From Nemertoderma westbladi (taxonomy: Eukaryota; Animalia; Xenacoelomorpha), in the NCBI GenBank assembly GCA_032718475.1, contig JAUCBJ010008069.1:1-64000 (forward strand): DNA of 64,000 nucleotides, read 5' to 3'. Of this stretch, positions 1-13,539 are shown one piece after another (positions within the stretch are counted from its first letter, which is position 1; each line of letters opens with the position of its first letter). The notes below the pieces were generated by a model. The model was not told the DNA's origin. It searched no databases and saw only the letters and a program-made list of their open reading frames with translations. A program made the translations under genes and the position numbers.

Positions 1-2800
1 TACCTACTCCACCCTTCGGTAAAGTAGAAGCCACTGCTCTAATAACCATAGTGTTCTGATACTCATGAGACTTACCTAGCCAATCTAATTGTCTGCAGAT
101 CTCCTGGATCTCATCGGAAAACTCGATAATTCCGCTACTAATAAACTTTCGGGGCGCTACTAACTTTGCATATAAGTACCCAGCGATGTTATTCCTATTA
201 CCATACCTGATGTTTAGTGTATCCCAAACTTGTCTTAATCCGTCTGGATGTCCAATAAACCTTAACGCCATTAACTTGGGAGATCCTTCCAAGCACTCGA
301 TGAGGTATCTAAGTTTTTCTCCATTAGATAGTACAGAGTTCTGTATGTTATCTTTGTAATATTCATTAAAAGGTAACCATTTCATCTCATCTCCATTGAA
401 CTTGACGATCTCTCCAACCTTTACCGCTTGCCGGGCTTCGGTTCTAGCCATTTGACGCGTAAAACTTTCTTGGGCCATCGTGCTATTTAATATCGAGTTA
501 TCGGTATATAAATTTCTCGGATTATGATCAGTTCTATAGGGAATATCATTATCAACAGGTCTATAATTACCCTTAATAGGGTTCACTATAGGAGTTTCTA
601 CTTCGCTAGCAGTATATATGCGTGTAGGCTCCACACCTTGCGCATGCAATACTTCAGACCTAACAGGTTGACACATTGTTACAGAGGGTGGTGGTATACC
701 CTTTTGGGTATTTACTAATTTATCGCGTTCAAGCGCGATACTTTGCTGCACTTCTTGCAACTCTAGCCTACTTTCCCTTACTGTGCCCTTGAATTGCTGG
801 ACAGTCTCCTGCATCTGCCCGAGCAGGATATCCATCCCCCGCCGTCTCTCGTCCACCCATTCGACCGCCGAAGCGGGAGTCGCCAACGTTGTAGCGGGCG
901 GACGAGGGACAACGGGCGACAAATTGTGAATATTTCGCTCGGGGTCCAGGACCTGAACTGTCTCTTGGGCAGTTCTGCGGGGCACAGGTAGCTTAGTGCT
1001 ATGCAGAGGGAATTTAGAGGTAGTTTCAGGGAGCACATGTGTGTCTATCACCGAAGGGGTGATTTCAAGAACAGGCCTAATTATTTCAGGCTCATCTACT
1101 ATAGTAGGGAGTCTTTCTATTTTAATTATTTGGTCTGTGGGCTCTGTACTACCTACTTTGGTGTTATTTAGTTGCCTTCTAACAGCTGGAGGCAAATCAG
1201 GCAATTTCTGCCGGTGGAATGTTCTTTTACGTCTGCTTAGGCGAGATCGATTTCCTCCGCCTTCGGTGTCGGTGGTATCGCCTTCCTCAGATGATGTATA
1301 CCCCTGTCTCTTGGGAGTAGATCGACTCATCATCTGCATATTGCTCGCTGTTAACTGTTTATTGAAGTTGTCTTGCCTCTCTTGAAGATTTTCCAACTCT
1401 AGTTGGGTTGCCTCTTCAGATGCCCTCCGTTCTGCTTCTGCCACTGCCTCTGCCGCCTTTCTTTCCGCTTCGGCCGCTGCCATTGCCGCCTTTCTTTCTG
1501 CTTCTGCCGCTTTTGCCTCTGCCGCTGCCTCTGCCGCTGCCGCTTTTGCCTCTGCCGCTGCCTCTGCCGCTGCCGCTTTTGTTTCTGCTTCTGCAGCTGC
1601 CACTGCTGCTGCTACTGCCGCTGCCTTTCTGTCTTCTATACGTTTTTTCTTTACTTGTTCTTCTTTGACTCTTGTCAGGCGGAGTTGTTCATCGAATTTA
1701 GCTTGGTTCGCCGCTAACCTATCCACATCAATTGCATCCAACACACGCTGGGCTCCTTCACTATTAGGGCTAAGCCCATCTAGTCTTCTCCGCAACTCTT
1801 CATCACCTACGAAACGCTGATAGTCTGACAGATAGATGTCAATGGCATCCCTCTTATGCGGTTTCTCTGCCGTCGCTTCACTTTCCACTTGGGAAAAAGT
1901 AGCGTCTGTTGATTCTCCATGGGTTGAGCGCTCCTCCAACTGAGCTTTCCACTGAGCTGCTCCTTGAACCTGGCGACTCACCCGTTGAAACCAAGTCTTT
2001 ACGGCAACTTGCAACGACGTGTCTTGCCTTCTTTTAGAAGCCTCCTCAAAGGCGGATAAGATTAGCCTAATCCGCAGAACTCTTTCTCTAACTTGATAAA
2101 GCAGCGATCCCTGCTCTTGAGGTCCTTGAGGTTGTTGAAAAAGTTGCTTTTCTATTCGCTCCATAGAGCTGAAGAATCCCTGTGCGTATCCGGCTGCGGA
2201 CCTCTTCCACACAGCTGGATCGATGGTTTCCTTGGCTACTCCCATCCGGTGTATGTCTTCCCAGGCAGCTTCTGATAAATCAAACGGGAGTCCGGGTCCG
2301 GGGAAGTTCCATTGCGACTCGACAATAGACTTCAGTTCTTCACTAGTGTATCCCGCGTAGCTATCTCTAGTTGACCGTTGACTTCTCGCCCAATCGATCT
2401 GGTGTTCTTCCACCGCGATCAATAACCCAGCGAGCACGGCTGCAGGAAGGATGAGAAGGGGATCCGTATAAACCGCATCCGTCATCTCTGCTCCGCTCTC
2501 GGGTGTCAGCTCTACAGTATCCTCACTACTGGAGCTGCTGGGCCGCTGAGGAATAAGTTCTTGACTAGCGGGTTGTTGCTGTTCCGCTGCCTTTTGGTCC
2601 CGCTTGACCTGAGCTCGAGTGCCTATGATAGACCTACGATGTTGGACCAGCCTAGGTTCTGTTATTACTACTGGAGGGATGACCTTCCTCACAGTGGGAG
2701 GTGAACTGGATTTACGACCAGACGGTTGTACGTCTCTATCTGAGTCGCAGATAGTTACATCTAATAAACTGTCTGACAGGTTCTGCTTAGTATCAGACAT
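1..2800 (-). CDS. BEL/Pao retrotransposon Gag(-Pol) ORF, 5' part, open at window edge
   Basis: ATG at 2800-2798 (MSDTKQNLSDSLLDV...). The same frame near 420-1 reads VKFNGDEMKWLPFNEYYKDNIQNSVLSNGEKLRYLIECLEGSPKLMALRFIGHPDGLRQVWDTLNIRYG, typical of the BEL/Pao Gag DUF1759 domain. It is absent from the ORF track, consistent with no in-frame stop before the edge. An Ala/Glu-rich coiled-coil repeat lies at ~1430-1625. Confidence 0.85.
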   Translation of the reverse strand, partial: MSDTKQNLSDSLLDVTICDSDRDVQPSGRKSSSPPTVRKVIPPVVITEPRLVQHRRSIIGTRAQVKRDQKAAEQQQPASQELIPQRPSSSSSEDTVELTPESGAEMTDAVYTDPLLILPAAVLAGLLIAVEEHQIDWARSQRSTRDSYAGYTSEELKSIVESQWNFPGPGLPFDLSEAAWEDIHRMGVAKETIDPAVWKRSAAGYAQGFFSSMERIEKQLFQQPQGPQEQGSLLYQVRERVLRIRLILSAFEEASKRRQDTSLQVAVKTWFQRVSRQVQGAAQWKAQLEERSTHGESTDATFSQVESEATAEKPHKRDAIDIYLSDYQRFVGDEELRRRLDGLSPNSEGAQRVLDAIDVDRLAANQAKFDEQLRLTRVKEEQVKKKRIEDRKAAAVAAAVAAAEAETKAAAAEAAAEAKAAAAEAAAEAKAAEAERKAAMAAAEAERKAAEAVAEAERRASEEATQLELENLQERQDNFNKQLTASNMQMMSRSTPKRQGYTSSEEGDTTDTEGGGNRSRLSRRKRTFHRQKLPDLPPAVRRQLNNTKVGSTEPTDQIIKIERLPTIVDEPEIIRPVLEITPSVIDTHVLPETTSKFPLHSTKLPVPRRTAQETVQVLDPERNIHNLSPVVPRPPATTLATPASAVEWVDERRRGMDILLGQMQETVQQFKGTVRESRLELQEVQQSIALERDKLVNTQKGIPPPSVTMCQPVRSEVLHAQGVEPTRIYTASEVETPIVNPIKGNYRPVDNDIPYRTDHNPRNLYTDNSILNSTMAQESFTRQMARTEARQAVKVGEIVKFNGDEMKWLPFNEYYKDNIQNSVLSNGEKLRYLIECLEGSPKLMALRFIGHPDGLRQVWDTLNIRYGNRNNIAGYLYAKLVAPRKFISSGIIEFSDEIQEICRQLDWLGKSHEYQNTMVIRAVASTLPKGGVG

Positions 2801-2934
2801 GACTAGGTATGTACAGTTGAATGCCTACTGCTATATTACAGTCTAAGCAAGTCTAGTAACTCAGTATGAACTGCTAGCCTAGTAATTAATTACCGTTACT
2901 GCTACTCAGTGTAGCGTGATATATATAGAATATA

Positions 2935-3190
2935 TTAGAATACCGGTATACTTATAGTATATATAACTATATAAGTATTATTACAGACTAGGTTTATCAC
3001 AGAATACCGGTATAATTTTAGCACAAATATATATAAATATATAATAGGCCTATCGGAAATACCGGTATACAGCTTACAGTTTGTAGGATATATAATTCTG
3101 AAATAGAATTAATTACAAGTACCGGTATAATTTCAGCCTAGATTTATAGAAGTAAAGATAATAGGCCTATCGTAAATACCGGTATATCAA
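2935..3190. repeat. Degenerate ~60-bp tandem repeat with (A)ATACCGGTATA core, ~5 copies
   Basis: TACCGGTATA recurs at ~2941, 3006, 3060, 3120 and 3177. Confidence 0.7.
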
Positions 3191-4130
3191 TTATTTCAAA
3201 TAATTGAATTTCTGTTACTTTAGGGTTACTTGGTTACTTTACTTACTTTATTACCGTTATTTGAGCAGTAATCCAACTTATATTGAGACCTAATGGTTGT
3301 ATGGTAGGCCTACGATTTATAAATCGTTAGATTTGATTTATAATATATATATACCCGTTTTAATGGGTTTTGTCAATGTTTGAAATAAATGTTATTATTT
3401 CTGGGGAGTAATCACTACACAAAGCGGTGCGCTTTCAGTGAAGTGTTACTTATGAGACACTAAAACAAATAATACTAATTTACCTAAGTTACTTAATACT
3501 ACAAATTACGTACAATTCGGGTGAGATTACAATCTCTAAATAAACACAAAAATTTTACAAAAACACAAATACGAATTTTTAGGGTAATTTTACAAGAAGT
3601 CTACAAACCAGCCTAACAAAGGGTTAGAAAACCGGTTATTACAACGGACAGGGTACTACGGTATTTGAAATAATAAGTAGTAGTAAATACACTGCGTTGT
3701 CTAGATAGGAAAATACCACCGCCTGACGACCTATAGCCGTATCGCTATAGGTTCTACGTTATGTATCACGGAGTGTTCCTACCTAGAAGTTAATAGAGCT
3801 AATCGAATGTGCCTATCAACCACTTTACAACACAAATATAATGCCTACAATAATTACTTCGGAAAGTACTGTACACTAAACCCTAAATTAGGTACGAGTA
3901 CTTGTATAACAAATAATCAGTAGTTAAATATACTTGAACAGCTAAAAGAACCACGGCATCTGCTGGAGTGACCGATGCACAAAATCACCAGTCTTTACCT
4001 ACGCCGAGCAGCCCGTGTAGTACCGAGGTTAATTTAACTATAGCGGTATGTATAACAAACACAATTACTGTAGGAACAAACTTGGGGACTTGAATGTTGC
4101 GAATAATCGCATAAACTCTGAATAATAAAT

Positions 4131-4695
4131 ATTACGCTACGCGTACAAACTACTCAAACAAAATACAGACCGAACACTGACAGACTACTATCAAGCCTAA
4201 ACAAACTACGGTATATGCAGACTCCGAAATGATTAGGGAGTATGCGCTCTAACCCAGTAGTGCGACTTATTCTTTAGTTGGGGGTTTACCTTACAGCGTT
4301 CGCTGCCCCTACTGCCTAATCGTACTTAATCGGACAGATGATCTACACACGCGGCAATCCGTTCAGACTTAACAACAGCCAGACAACTATCCAGCCTACA
4401 AATTATTTAAATAAAATTATACGCTACCCGTACAGACTTACACAAACAAAGTACAGACTAAACGATGGCAGACTACTCTCAAGCCTAAATAAATTACAGG
4501 ACATGCAGACTCCGAAATGATTAGGGAGTATGCGCTCTAACCCAGTAGTGCGACTTATTCTTTAGTTGGGGGTTTACCTTACAGCGTTGCTGCCCCTACT
4601 TCCTAACCGTACTTAATCGGACAAGTGCTCTACACACACTGCAATTCGTTCGGACCTAACAGCAATCAGACAACAGCTCAGCCTACAAATTGTCT
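4131..4695. repeat. Tandem duplication, ~288-bp unit, 2 copies, in the BEL leader
   Basis: atgcagactccgaaatgattagggagtatgcgctctaacccagtagtgcgacttattctttagttgggggtttacc is identical at ~4215 and ~4503, with flanking similarity. Confidence 0.9.
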
Positions 4696-6743
4696 GTACA
4701 ATCTGATCAGGTTTACACGCCTTCTGTTCAATACTGGCCTACAAATAAATAAAACTTGACAGAAATAAGTAAAATCTCAATAAAAAACCAGGGCGGCCGT
4801 TCCCTGATTAAATACTAAGACCTACCGGTATACAACTATCAAAATCGAATAATACTGCTGTACCTGTACTGCTGTAGGTACCGGTCCGGGTGGTTAGGTA
4901 GTCAGGCCTACTGGTACCGGTTCTGGCAGTTGGGCCTACTGACCTACAGATGTACCGGTTGACCGGTACTTTCAACTTTATTGCTTACTGCAATAAGAAG
5001 CTATATCCTTTAATGTTCGCGCTTTCAGACCTTTGGCAGTTTAACCCACCAAATTAAGATGTCTTCTAGATATTAAATCAGTTTTTAGTCTATGACAAGT
5101 ATTTGATTCACTACACTAGTCGAAACCAATCCGTGCGCGACCATTCACCCGCTGGATATTCCCGGGAGATTGGGTTCGACGGTTTAATTTTATTGCTATG
5201 TAAGCCTAATGTATTATTCGACTGACAGTATTATATAATCTCTGACAATATTATTCACCTTCGGGAATATTAACAGTTCCTTTAGGACGTGGCGCTTTAT
5301 CTATATAAACAGAGTTATGACTTAAACTACTCACAACGATATGGCTTAATTATAATTCACATATATGGCGCATTCTTTAGGAATTGCTTCTTTAACAGAC
5401 TCACTCATACACAATGCTGCACAATACTGCACACTAATCTGCCAATCTTCACTGATTTTAGTCACATATAAAAGGAACACAGGCTGACTCATGTAGGGTC
5501 TATCAAATAACATTGGATTCACTTCAAACCACTTTAACATAAGTCACAATCGTTTATCTGTAACCCTTCTCTCTTACCTTCGGTATATCAAGAACATTGG
5601 GTTTCGGGGTTGTTTATCGTTATTCCAAATATAATAATTCATCAACCATATTATGAAGAACTGACCGCAAATAGCAGTATAAAACAACAACTGAACACTG
5701 ATTGTTACGAGTTTGCAATGTTTCAGCAGTCAGGATGTATGATCAGTTAGCAGTAGTCTTTAGGTATGTTAAATTGCAGTTAAAGGATATATGCCCTTTA
5801 TAATTAAACCTACTAGTGTACGACTAAAACAGTAAAGCACAAAATACTTCCAAGCCGTTCTTTCTTTGGCTCAAGACTGAATGTAAACACTGCACATAGG
5901 CATTGCGTCATTTCTCGGAAATTTTCTGTACAAGGAGCCACAAAAACGCTCTCATTGGCTGACTGAACTGAGAGACGCCGTAGAACAAAGGAAATCAACA
6001 CGTATGAATGTCAGCTGTTAACCGTAGTCATAGTAACTACTGTTCAAGAGTAGCTATCACCCCTTTGCGTCACGAATTGCCATAGAATCATAAAATATGC
6101 CTTTCACAGTACACATACGGAGGAAATAGGTCTTAGATCCTCTAAAAACACCGATACAGCAATAATACGGTCTCTTACACTTATTAAATCAACTACAGAG
6201 TATTTTAATGTAAAAGATAATAAAAATAACGGGGCAATTCAGCAAAGGCTTTTACACACACCAGCTACTTTACTTTAGTAGGTACTGTTTATACCAGCAA
6301 AATAAATAATTATATAGGTAGGCCTACACTCCACCTCAAAATTTTTATTATAGGCCAAGCTAGTTTTTGCAATATATTTTTATGAACATGTTCTAGAACA
6401 TGTTATCTCATTTATTAAAAAAATAAAATTGTTCTAGAACAAATATTTTGTGATATTGTGATAATTGTAGCTCAACTATTCTATATTTGGAAAATTTTTC
6501 GCAATTGCGCTGCAGAAGCTTTTGAAGCCGACATTTGCAATTCAAAGTTGTGCTAAATGGTGTCGGACGTTTCGTGTTGGACGTTACATAATAATTTGCA
6601 ATATTTAGCCACCTCTGTCGGCTTTATTTTTTGTCTTTACTCTAGATATCATTTGAATCGCCTTCATCTGCAGATTCTGAATCTGAAAACCATTTTAAAT
6701 TTCACCAAGAATTGCCAAATATAGCTGCCTATTATCAAACTAC

Positions 6744-9700
6744 AGTAGAAAGCCAGCAAGCTGGCTGGAAGGAGCCCGGGGGAAGAATCCTAGCCAAGAC
6801 TATTACAAATGAACTATGTCAGTCAGCTGTAGGCCTAGTAAGTACAGTAGGCCTAAACTAAACAATTGTCTAAACTGTAAGGCGTGTGAGGCTAGCTGAC
6901 TTTGTCGATCGTCGCATATAATAAAAAATTAAACTTTGCAACCACTAATAAAAATATAATTCGATCGTCGCATATAATAAAAAATTAAACTTTGCAACCA
7001 CTAATAAAAATATAATATGAAGCAAATAAGCACGTTTACAAGATATAAGATTACCGAATATTTATGAAAAAATGCTCATGATGCACAACCAGGACACCGA
7101 GCGAGTGATGACCCTGAACCCACCATAGAACCACACCATATTATAAATGAAGACTCCATTTCCATACTATTATTACAACACCGGCTGCTAAGGCAATCAA
7201 CCAATGCTGCATTATAGAACAAAACTACAGTAACAATATAAAGGGGTAGCTATAGTTACTAAAACTAAAACACAAACAAAGCGCAAATATCCTAGCTGTT
7301 CCACATTAGTGTCAGTAGTTCTAGTAAGATAATAATAGTGATAACAGTTTCATTCAATTTTTTGAATAAATACAAATTATATAATATATTATAGAGCAAA
7401 TGTATAAACAAAAACTCAACTAATATATTATGAAAATTGAAGGTCTAAACAATATGAAACAAATTAATACATTATCAAAGACAAATTAAATTTTAGCATC
7501 ACAACAACTACAGTATATCCAAGAAATTCAACAAAACCGCAAATCAGCAAAGTGAAAAGGGGGGACAGTTCCCCCCTTCAACCCCCCTTTCAATCAGCAC
7601 CCCGTCCCAAAAGCAAAGCCGCACCCAGACCCAGTCCAGCAGAACAACCTATGGAGATAGATATTATGACAACACACCCGGTTCTTTTAAATTTATGTGA
7701 TTTGAGTTTTATGCTCGCACCACTATTGAGTTTTATAATATTTGTAAGAAATGTTAAAACTTATCGTATGCCAATGTAGTAATGGTATTAAAATATAATT
7801 AAATTAATTTGCACTATTAATGCTTCAGCTAAAAAATGATGCTAATCCTATGTAATAAAAAAAATATGAATATTATAACGAACCTGCCTATTAATAGGCC
7901 AGGGTAGTTCTTGTCAAGAGTTGAGCCGTTTAAAAACACGATGTGGTTGTGTGTGTGTGTGTGTATAACCATCCAATATCTCAAAAACTCAAGCAGGTAC
8001 GCAAAAATTTTCATAACAAACTCTCCATAAATTTTGGTTGCGCACAAGACTGTATATTTTTTGTGCCGTTTCGATCACGGGGTCACTGGAAAATAGCGGT
8101 TTTGAAAATTTAAAGTCGAATTTCACCGATTTCAACTCGTCGAGTATGCACCAACTTTTTTATTTGAGATATTCAGTCATCTGAGCAACATATTTGAGCC
8201 TCAGAATCTTTTCAAATATCGCCAATCTCGCACAGAACGTCGCCAAAATTTGTTAGTCCGGCAAAAAAACGCACAAATTCGTCTAAAAGAGTAAATTATT
8301 TAGTTGCAGATGTCATTGAACCCGATACCTAAACGGTATCCGATACACACACCACCAGCCAGCCAGTTCAATGGAGAGTGAGTGAATGGATAGGGAATTA
8401 ATGCTATCCTACCAGCAGCAGTCTGCCTCTAACAAGCCGGACATTCTCAGCGTTGCTAAGACACGGGAAGGAATTACTCCGTATTGACTGTCATTAGGCA
8501 GTTGAGCCTGCATGTGAATTATTTGATAAAAATTCAATATTTAATTGTAAATCAATAAATAACTATAAAACTTGACATTAATCTCGAGTATAAAGTAAAG
8601 ACTTTAATAGAATGGGACACGGCGAATTTTAATTTTAATTGTTAATTGAATGTTAATTTTATACCATATGGGATAAATGTTACCCCCCTAAATAATTAAT
8701 TACCGATAGAAGAATCGAAATAATTCGATTACTCAACCATACAATTTAGCTGAAGATATTAATTTAGATTATGGCTTCCGACATTTATGGCTTCCGACAC
8801 ACACACACACACACAGACTTTTGAAAAACGGCCATAGTATAATTATATCAGTTCGCTGATGGCTCGCCATTCGTGTCTCGCCCCACATACAGTTGATGTT
8901 TGATTACTGTCTGGGTTAGAGTGAGATAGTAATAAATTTGGCAAGTAATATACTTCTCTGCAGTTTGGGCTATCCATTCAATAAATAGTAGTAGCTTACT
9001 AGGCCCACATGAGTACTACTGTAGCAGCTGGTGTTTCTATCGTTGAGTTGATGGCAATTATCGTGTTTTCATTTTCGCTCACTCATGGTACTGGTTTGAG
9101 GGGCAGGTTCGTTTATAGCCAGCTTGCTGGCTTTCTAGTTTTTAAGAACATTCTACATATATCCTACACAAAATAATCAGCCCAATGATTCGTGGAATAA
9201 TAATATAAGCCTACTGCACTGGTATAATTTATTTTGTTTATTGACAACTCAACTATTTTCTGTCTATCCCTGAGAGCTGATAAAGGATGTGTAGACTCAG
9301 CCAGCAGCCAGCAGCAGGAGGGGTGTAGTCAAGAAATTCTGCCTTGATGGAATTCTATCTCAGCCAGCCCTTATCTCAACCATTACTACACAGCTAGCTG
9401 CTGCAGCAACTCAGGCAGGAGTTGTTACTTTACCATTGCTTTTAATTTCGCGACAAAATAATTTCAAAAAAACGAATTATATCGAATACCACACATTGAA
9501 TTGATCTGATATTTTGTAACGCGATTATGAACCTCCAAAGCAATTTACTTGTAAAATTTCAACAAAATCGCCAGGCAGGAAGTGCCTGAACCTAGATAAT
9601 TATCAGTCAGTCAGTCAGTCAGTGTTATATATCCTGAGATTTTTACAGTAAGTATCCCGCCTGTCGAGCGGGCTCCTAACTAGAAAGCCAGCAAGCTGGC

Positions 9701-10055
9701 TGGAAGGAGCCCGGGGGAAGAAGCCTATTAAAAGACTATTACAAATTAACCTTGTCGGTCAGCAGTAAGTAAACTAAACTATAAACTAAACTAAACTAAA
9801 CTAAACTAGCTGACTTTGTGGCTCGTCCCACATAATAAAAAATGAAACTTTGCTATGACAACACATCCGGTTCTTTTAAATTTGCGTGATTTGAGTTTTA
9901 TGCTCGCACCACTATTTGTAAGAAATGTTAAAACTTATCTTACAGTATGCCAATGTAGTAATGGTATTAAAATATATTTAAATTAATTTACACTATTAAT
10001 GCTTTGGCAGCTAAAAAATGATGCTAATCCTATGTAATAATAAAATAAGAATATT
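6744..10055. mobile_element. Cluster of non-autonomous Helitron/Helentron-like repeats
   Basis: Hairpin AGCCAGC-tt-GCTGGCT followed by TTCTAG|T at ~9117-9138, a Helitron-type 3' end. Its reverse complement recurs at ~6747 and ~9680. Segments ~6745-6940 and ~9680-9850, and ~7667-7875 and ~9855-10057, are copies of each other. (CAGT)n microsatellite at ~9604; hairpin CCCGC-N7-GCGGG at ~9656. Confidence 0.55.
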
Positions 10056-10066
10056 ATTTTTAAGAT

Positions 10067-13000
10067 TTAAAAATTTTCAAAGTAATTAAATTTATAGATA
10101 GTACTGCCTGACTGCCCAACTGCCCGAACCGGCCTATATACTGCTGTACTGCTGTACTGATATACCTACAGACAACCTATATCAACAACCTCTGCCCGTG
10201 AGAGGGCAGAGGGCGCGATGGCCGGCAGCCTGGACGCCTCCGCGATGAACCGGAGCATTGTTGGGCACTCCTCCTGCCCACAGTGCCGCCGGGAAATCGC
10301 GGTAAACTCCGACGGGCGACTCCGTGTCCACGGACCGCTCGCCAGTAGGTGTCCAGGCTCGCGTACCCCCACCGGAACTGTATTCCCTTCATCTCTCCGT
10401 CCTCCTCCTCCTACATCTACACCTCCACCCACTACTTCCACTCCTATTCCTCTACCACCGTGCCCCCCGACTTTCGACTGGGCCACCCTTGGGGAGTGGG
10501 ATGTCTTGGCGCGGCTGCGGAACAGCAAACAACGGCAGCTGCGCCACGTCCCCAGGGCCGCGCGTTCCAACTTTGCAGACCTCCTCGCTGACATCCTCGG
10601 GGAGGTAGCCACGCGGCCCAACGAGCCCCAGGGGTGGCTTAAACTACTGACCGTCAGCCACCACTGCCTCGCTACGCCCAAACGAGGGGGTCGGCGCCAC
10701 ACTCGGTCACTCGCTGCCACAATCAACGCGCGAGTGGCCGCCTTCCGTGCCGACCCCTTCGCGGACTCTAACTCCCCCGCCCCCCCAACTGCCACGAAGA
10801 AGCGTGGTGGTGCAGAGCGACTCGCGACGGCCGTAGCCGAAAAGATCGAGGACTCTGACGTGAAGGGCGCCATCCGGTTGGCATCCTCAGCAGACTCACT
10901 TGCGCCCAACACGCCGGAGACACTGGAGGCGTTGCGGAAGAAACACCCCGCACGGCCCGACAACCGCCGTCCCAACCCACCTCCAGTGGACCTCAACACT
11001 ACGGCCTCGCCTTGTTCCTCTACTACCGCCCGCAGACTTATCCTGTCGTTCCCGAGCGGCAGTGCCGGAGGACCAGATGGGTTGCGGCCCCAAATACTCA
11101 AAGACCTGATCTCCCCCACCAACGGAGAGGCCGCGGCCCGTCTTCTACAACGACTCGCGGGATTCCTAGACACCACCACCTCCGGAGAAGTTCCCCTCGC
11201 CATCCGCCCCACCTTCTACGGCGCGAATCTCTTCGCGTTCACGAAGACGGAGGGTGGGGTGCGCCCGATCGCCGTTGGCAACACTCTGCGGCGATTGGTG
11301 GGGAAATACTCCGGCTTCCTAGCCCAGGGACCCCGTACCTCTTCCTATGGCACTGTCCAGCTCGGGATCGGCACCAAACTCGGCGCCGAAGCGGCGGCCC
11401 ACGCAGCGAGGGCACTCTCCTCCTCCCCGAACCCACCCGGTAGTGTGTTGCTGAAGATCGACTTCAGCAACGCATTTAACTCCATCCGGCGGGATTCCAT
11501 GCTCGAAACTGTGTACCAGTGTTACCCCAGCGTGTACAACTCCACGCTGGCGGCGTACGGAGCGCCTAGCTTCCTCCTCCATGGGGAGGATACACTCCTC
11601 TCTGAGGAAGGAGTTCAGCAAGGCGATGCGGACGGACCCCGGCTTTTCGGCGACACGGTGAACCCATTCATCCAGTCGCTGCAGTCGAGGTTTAACATCT
11701 GGTACCTAGACGACGGGAATCTCGCTGACCACTACCGGGTGGTGTTAGACGACCTCCGATCCGTCATCCTCGAGGGAGGTCGTTGCGGACTCCGGATCAA
11801 CCCCTCCAAGTCGGAACTCTTCTTCCTTGGGGAGGAATCTCCGGAGTCCCGTCTATCCATCCAACGCAGGTTCGACGAGGTCTGCGAGGGGATTCAGGTG
11901 CGCCCACTAGAAGACCTGAAGATCCTGGGCGCACCCATAGGAGACAATGCCATCGTCTCCTGTCTCGACAACAAACTCGCGGACCTCCGGACTCTCGTCT
12001 CCCGACTCCCTCTCCTCGACTCCCATCACGCCTTCTTCCTCCTGCGGTGCTCCTTCACCATTCCGCGATTGACGTACTTCCTCCGAACGGCTCCGTGTTT
12101 CGACTTCCCGGGGCTGCTGGAGGAGTACGATTCCATCCAGCGGAGCACCCTGCAGGAGATCTCCAACGTCCACCTGGACGACTCCGCGTGGGCACAATCC
12201 TGTTTGCCTGCGCGTTGCGGGGGTCTAGGACTGACCTCGGCTGTGCAGCTCGCACCTTCCGCCTTTCTGGCTTCCGCGGCTGCCTGCTCTGGACTCTCCT
12301 ACTCCCTCTTTGAGTCTCCGGTGGACGCCCCCTCCCCATCCCACAACCGTGCCCTCGCTGCGTGGTCAACGACTCTCGACCCTGTCGTGACCCCCGTTCC
12401 CCCGCCTCTAGCGCCACCATCCTTTACGCCACCGCCACCGCCACCACACGCGACGCCACCGCCACCATCCGCGACACCACCGCCTCCACCACCCACGACG
12501 CCACAACCCACGACGCCACCGCCACCAGCCCTGACACCACCGCCTCCACCCACGACGACGCCACCACCCACTACGCCACCGCTACCACCCGCGACATCAC
12601 CGCATCCACCCACGACGCTACCACCCACGACACCACCGCCACCGTCCGCAACACCAACCACCCCCGCTGCTTTTCCGTCCGCGGCCACCAAGCAGTGGGC
12701 CTACCTGGCCCCTGTCCACGAGGCCAGGCTAACAGCCCTGCGGGAGTCCCTCCCACCATCCGGGGTGGCGAGGTTGAACTCCCTGGACCACCCCGCCGCA
12801 GGCTGCTGGCTTGACGCCATCCCCGTCAGCTCTCTGGGACTGAAGCTGACGGACTCGCAGTTCCGGATCTCGGTCGGCACTCGCCTTGGGAGCAGGCTAA
12901 CCGAGCCCCACAGCTGTGCCCGGTGTGGCAAGGATGTTCTGTCGGATGGCCTTCATGGGCTATCCTGCTCCAGGAGCCTCGGCAGACTTCCGCGCCACTC

Positions 13001-13508
13001 AATGGTTAACGACATTGTTCGCCGGGCGCTCATCAGCTGTGGCGTCCCCGCTACGCTCGAGCCTCTAGGCTTGTGTAGAGGGGATGGGAAGCGAGTAGAT
13101 GGCGTCACCCTGGTCCCGTGGAGCCGCGGACGGTTCCTCACGTGGGACGCGACGGTGGCGGACCCTCTGGCACCCAGCCACCTCGCCCAGACTCTATCCG
13201 CGGGAGGCCGTACTGCGGAGGAAGCGGAATCTCTAAAGATCCGCAAATATCAGGAACTCATGGACCGGGGCTACCTCTTCCACCCGGTAGCCTACGAAAC
13301 ATTGGGCCGCACCGGCCCTGAAACATCCGAGTTCCTGAAGGAGATCAGGGCCAGACTCCACTCTGTCACCCAGGAGCCCCGATCTCACCGTTTCCTCCTG
13401 CAGAGGCTGGCAATCGCCATCCTAGTTGGCAATGCGGCCTCCATCATAGGGACTGTGGACCCCTCACTCAACAATAACGAGGGACTCTACGAGATGGTCC
13501 ACGGTCCC

Positions 13509-13539
<31 letters not shown>

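Larger units (their letters stand above)
1..5060 (-). mobile_element. BEL/Pao LTR retrotransposon, gag plus long leader; 5' LTR boundary uncertain
   Basis: Gag ORF above plus ~2.2 kb non-coding leader with internal repeats. A candidate LTR-end/PBS junction reads ...GACA-TCTTAATT-TGGTGGGTT on the minus strand at ~5062-5043. The second LTR is outside the window, so the boundary cannot be confirmed. Confidence 0.55.

Noticed and set aside
996-1717. Plus-strand Cys-rich and Leu/Pro-rich ORFs
   Set aside because: Antisense translations of the Ala/Glu repeat in the minus-strand gag.
10166-13321. Many overlapping or antisense ORFs within the CRE element
   Set aside because: Shadow frames of a GC-rich coding sequence with no recognisable motifs.
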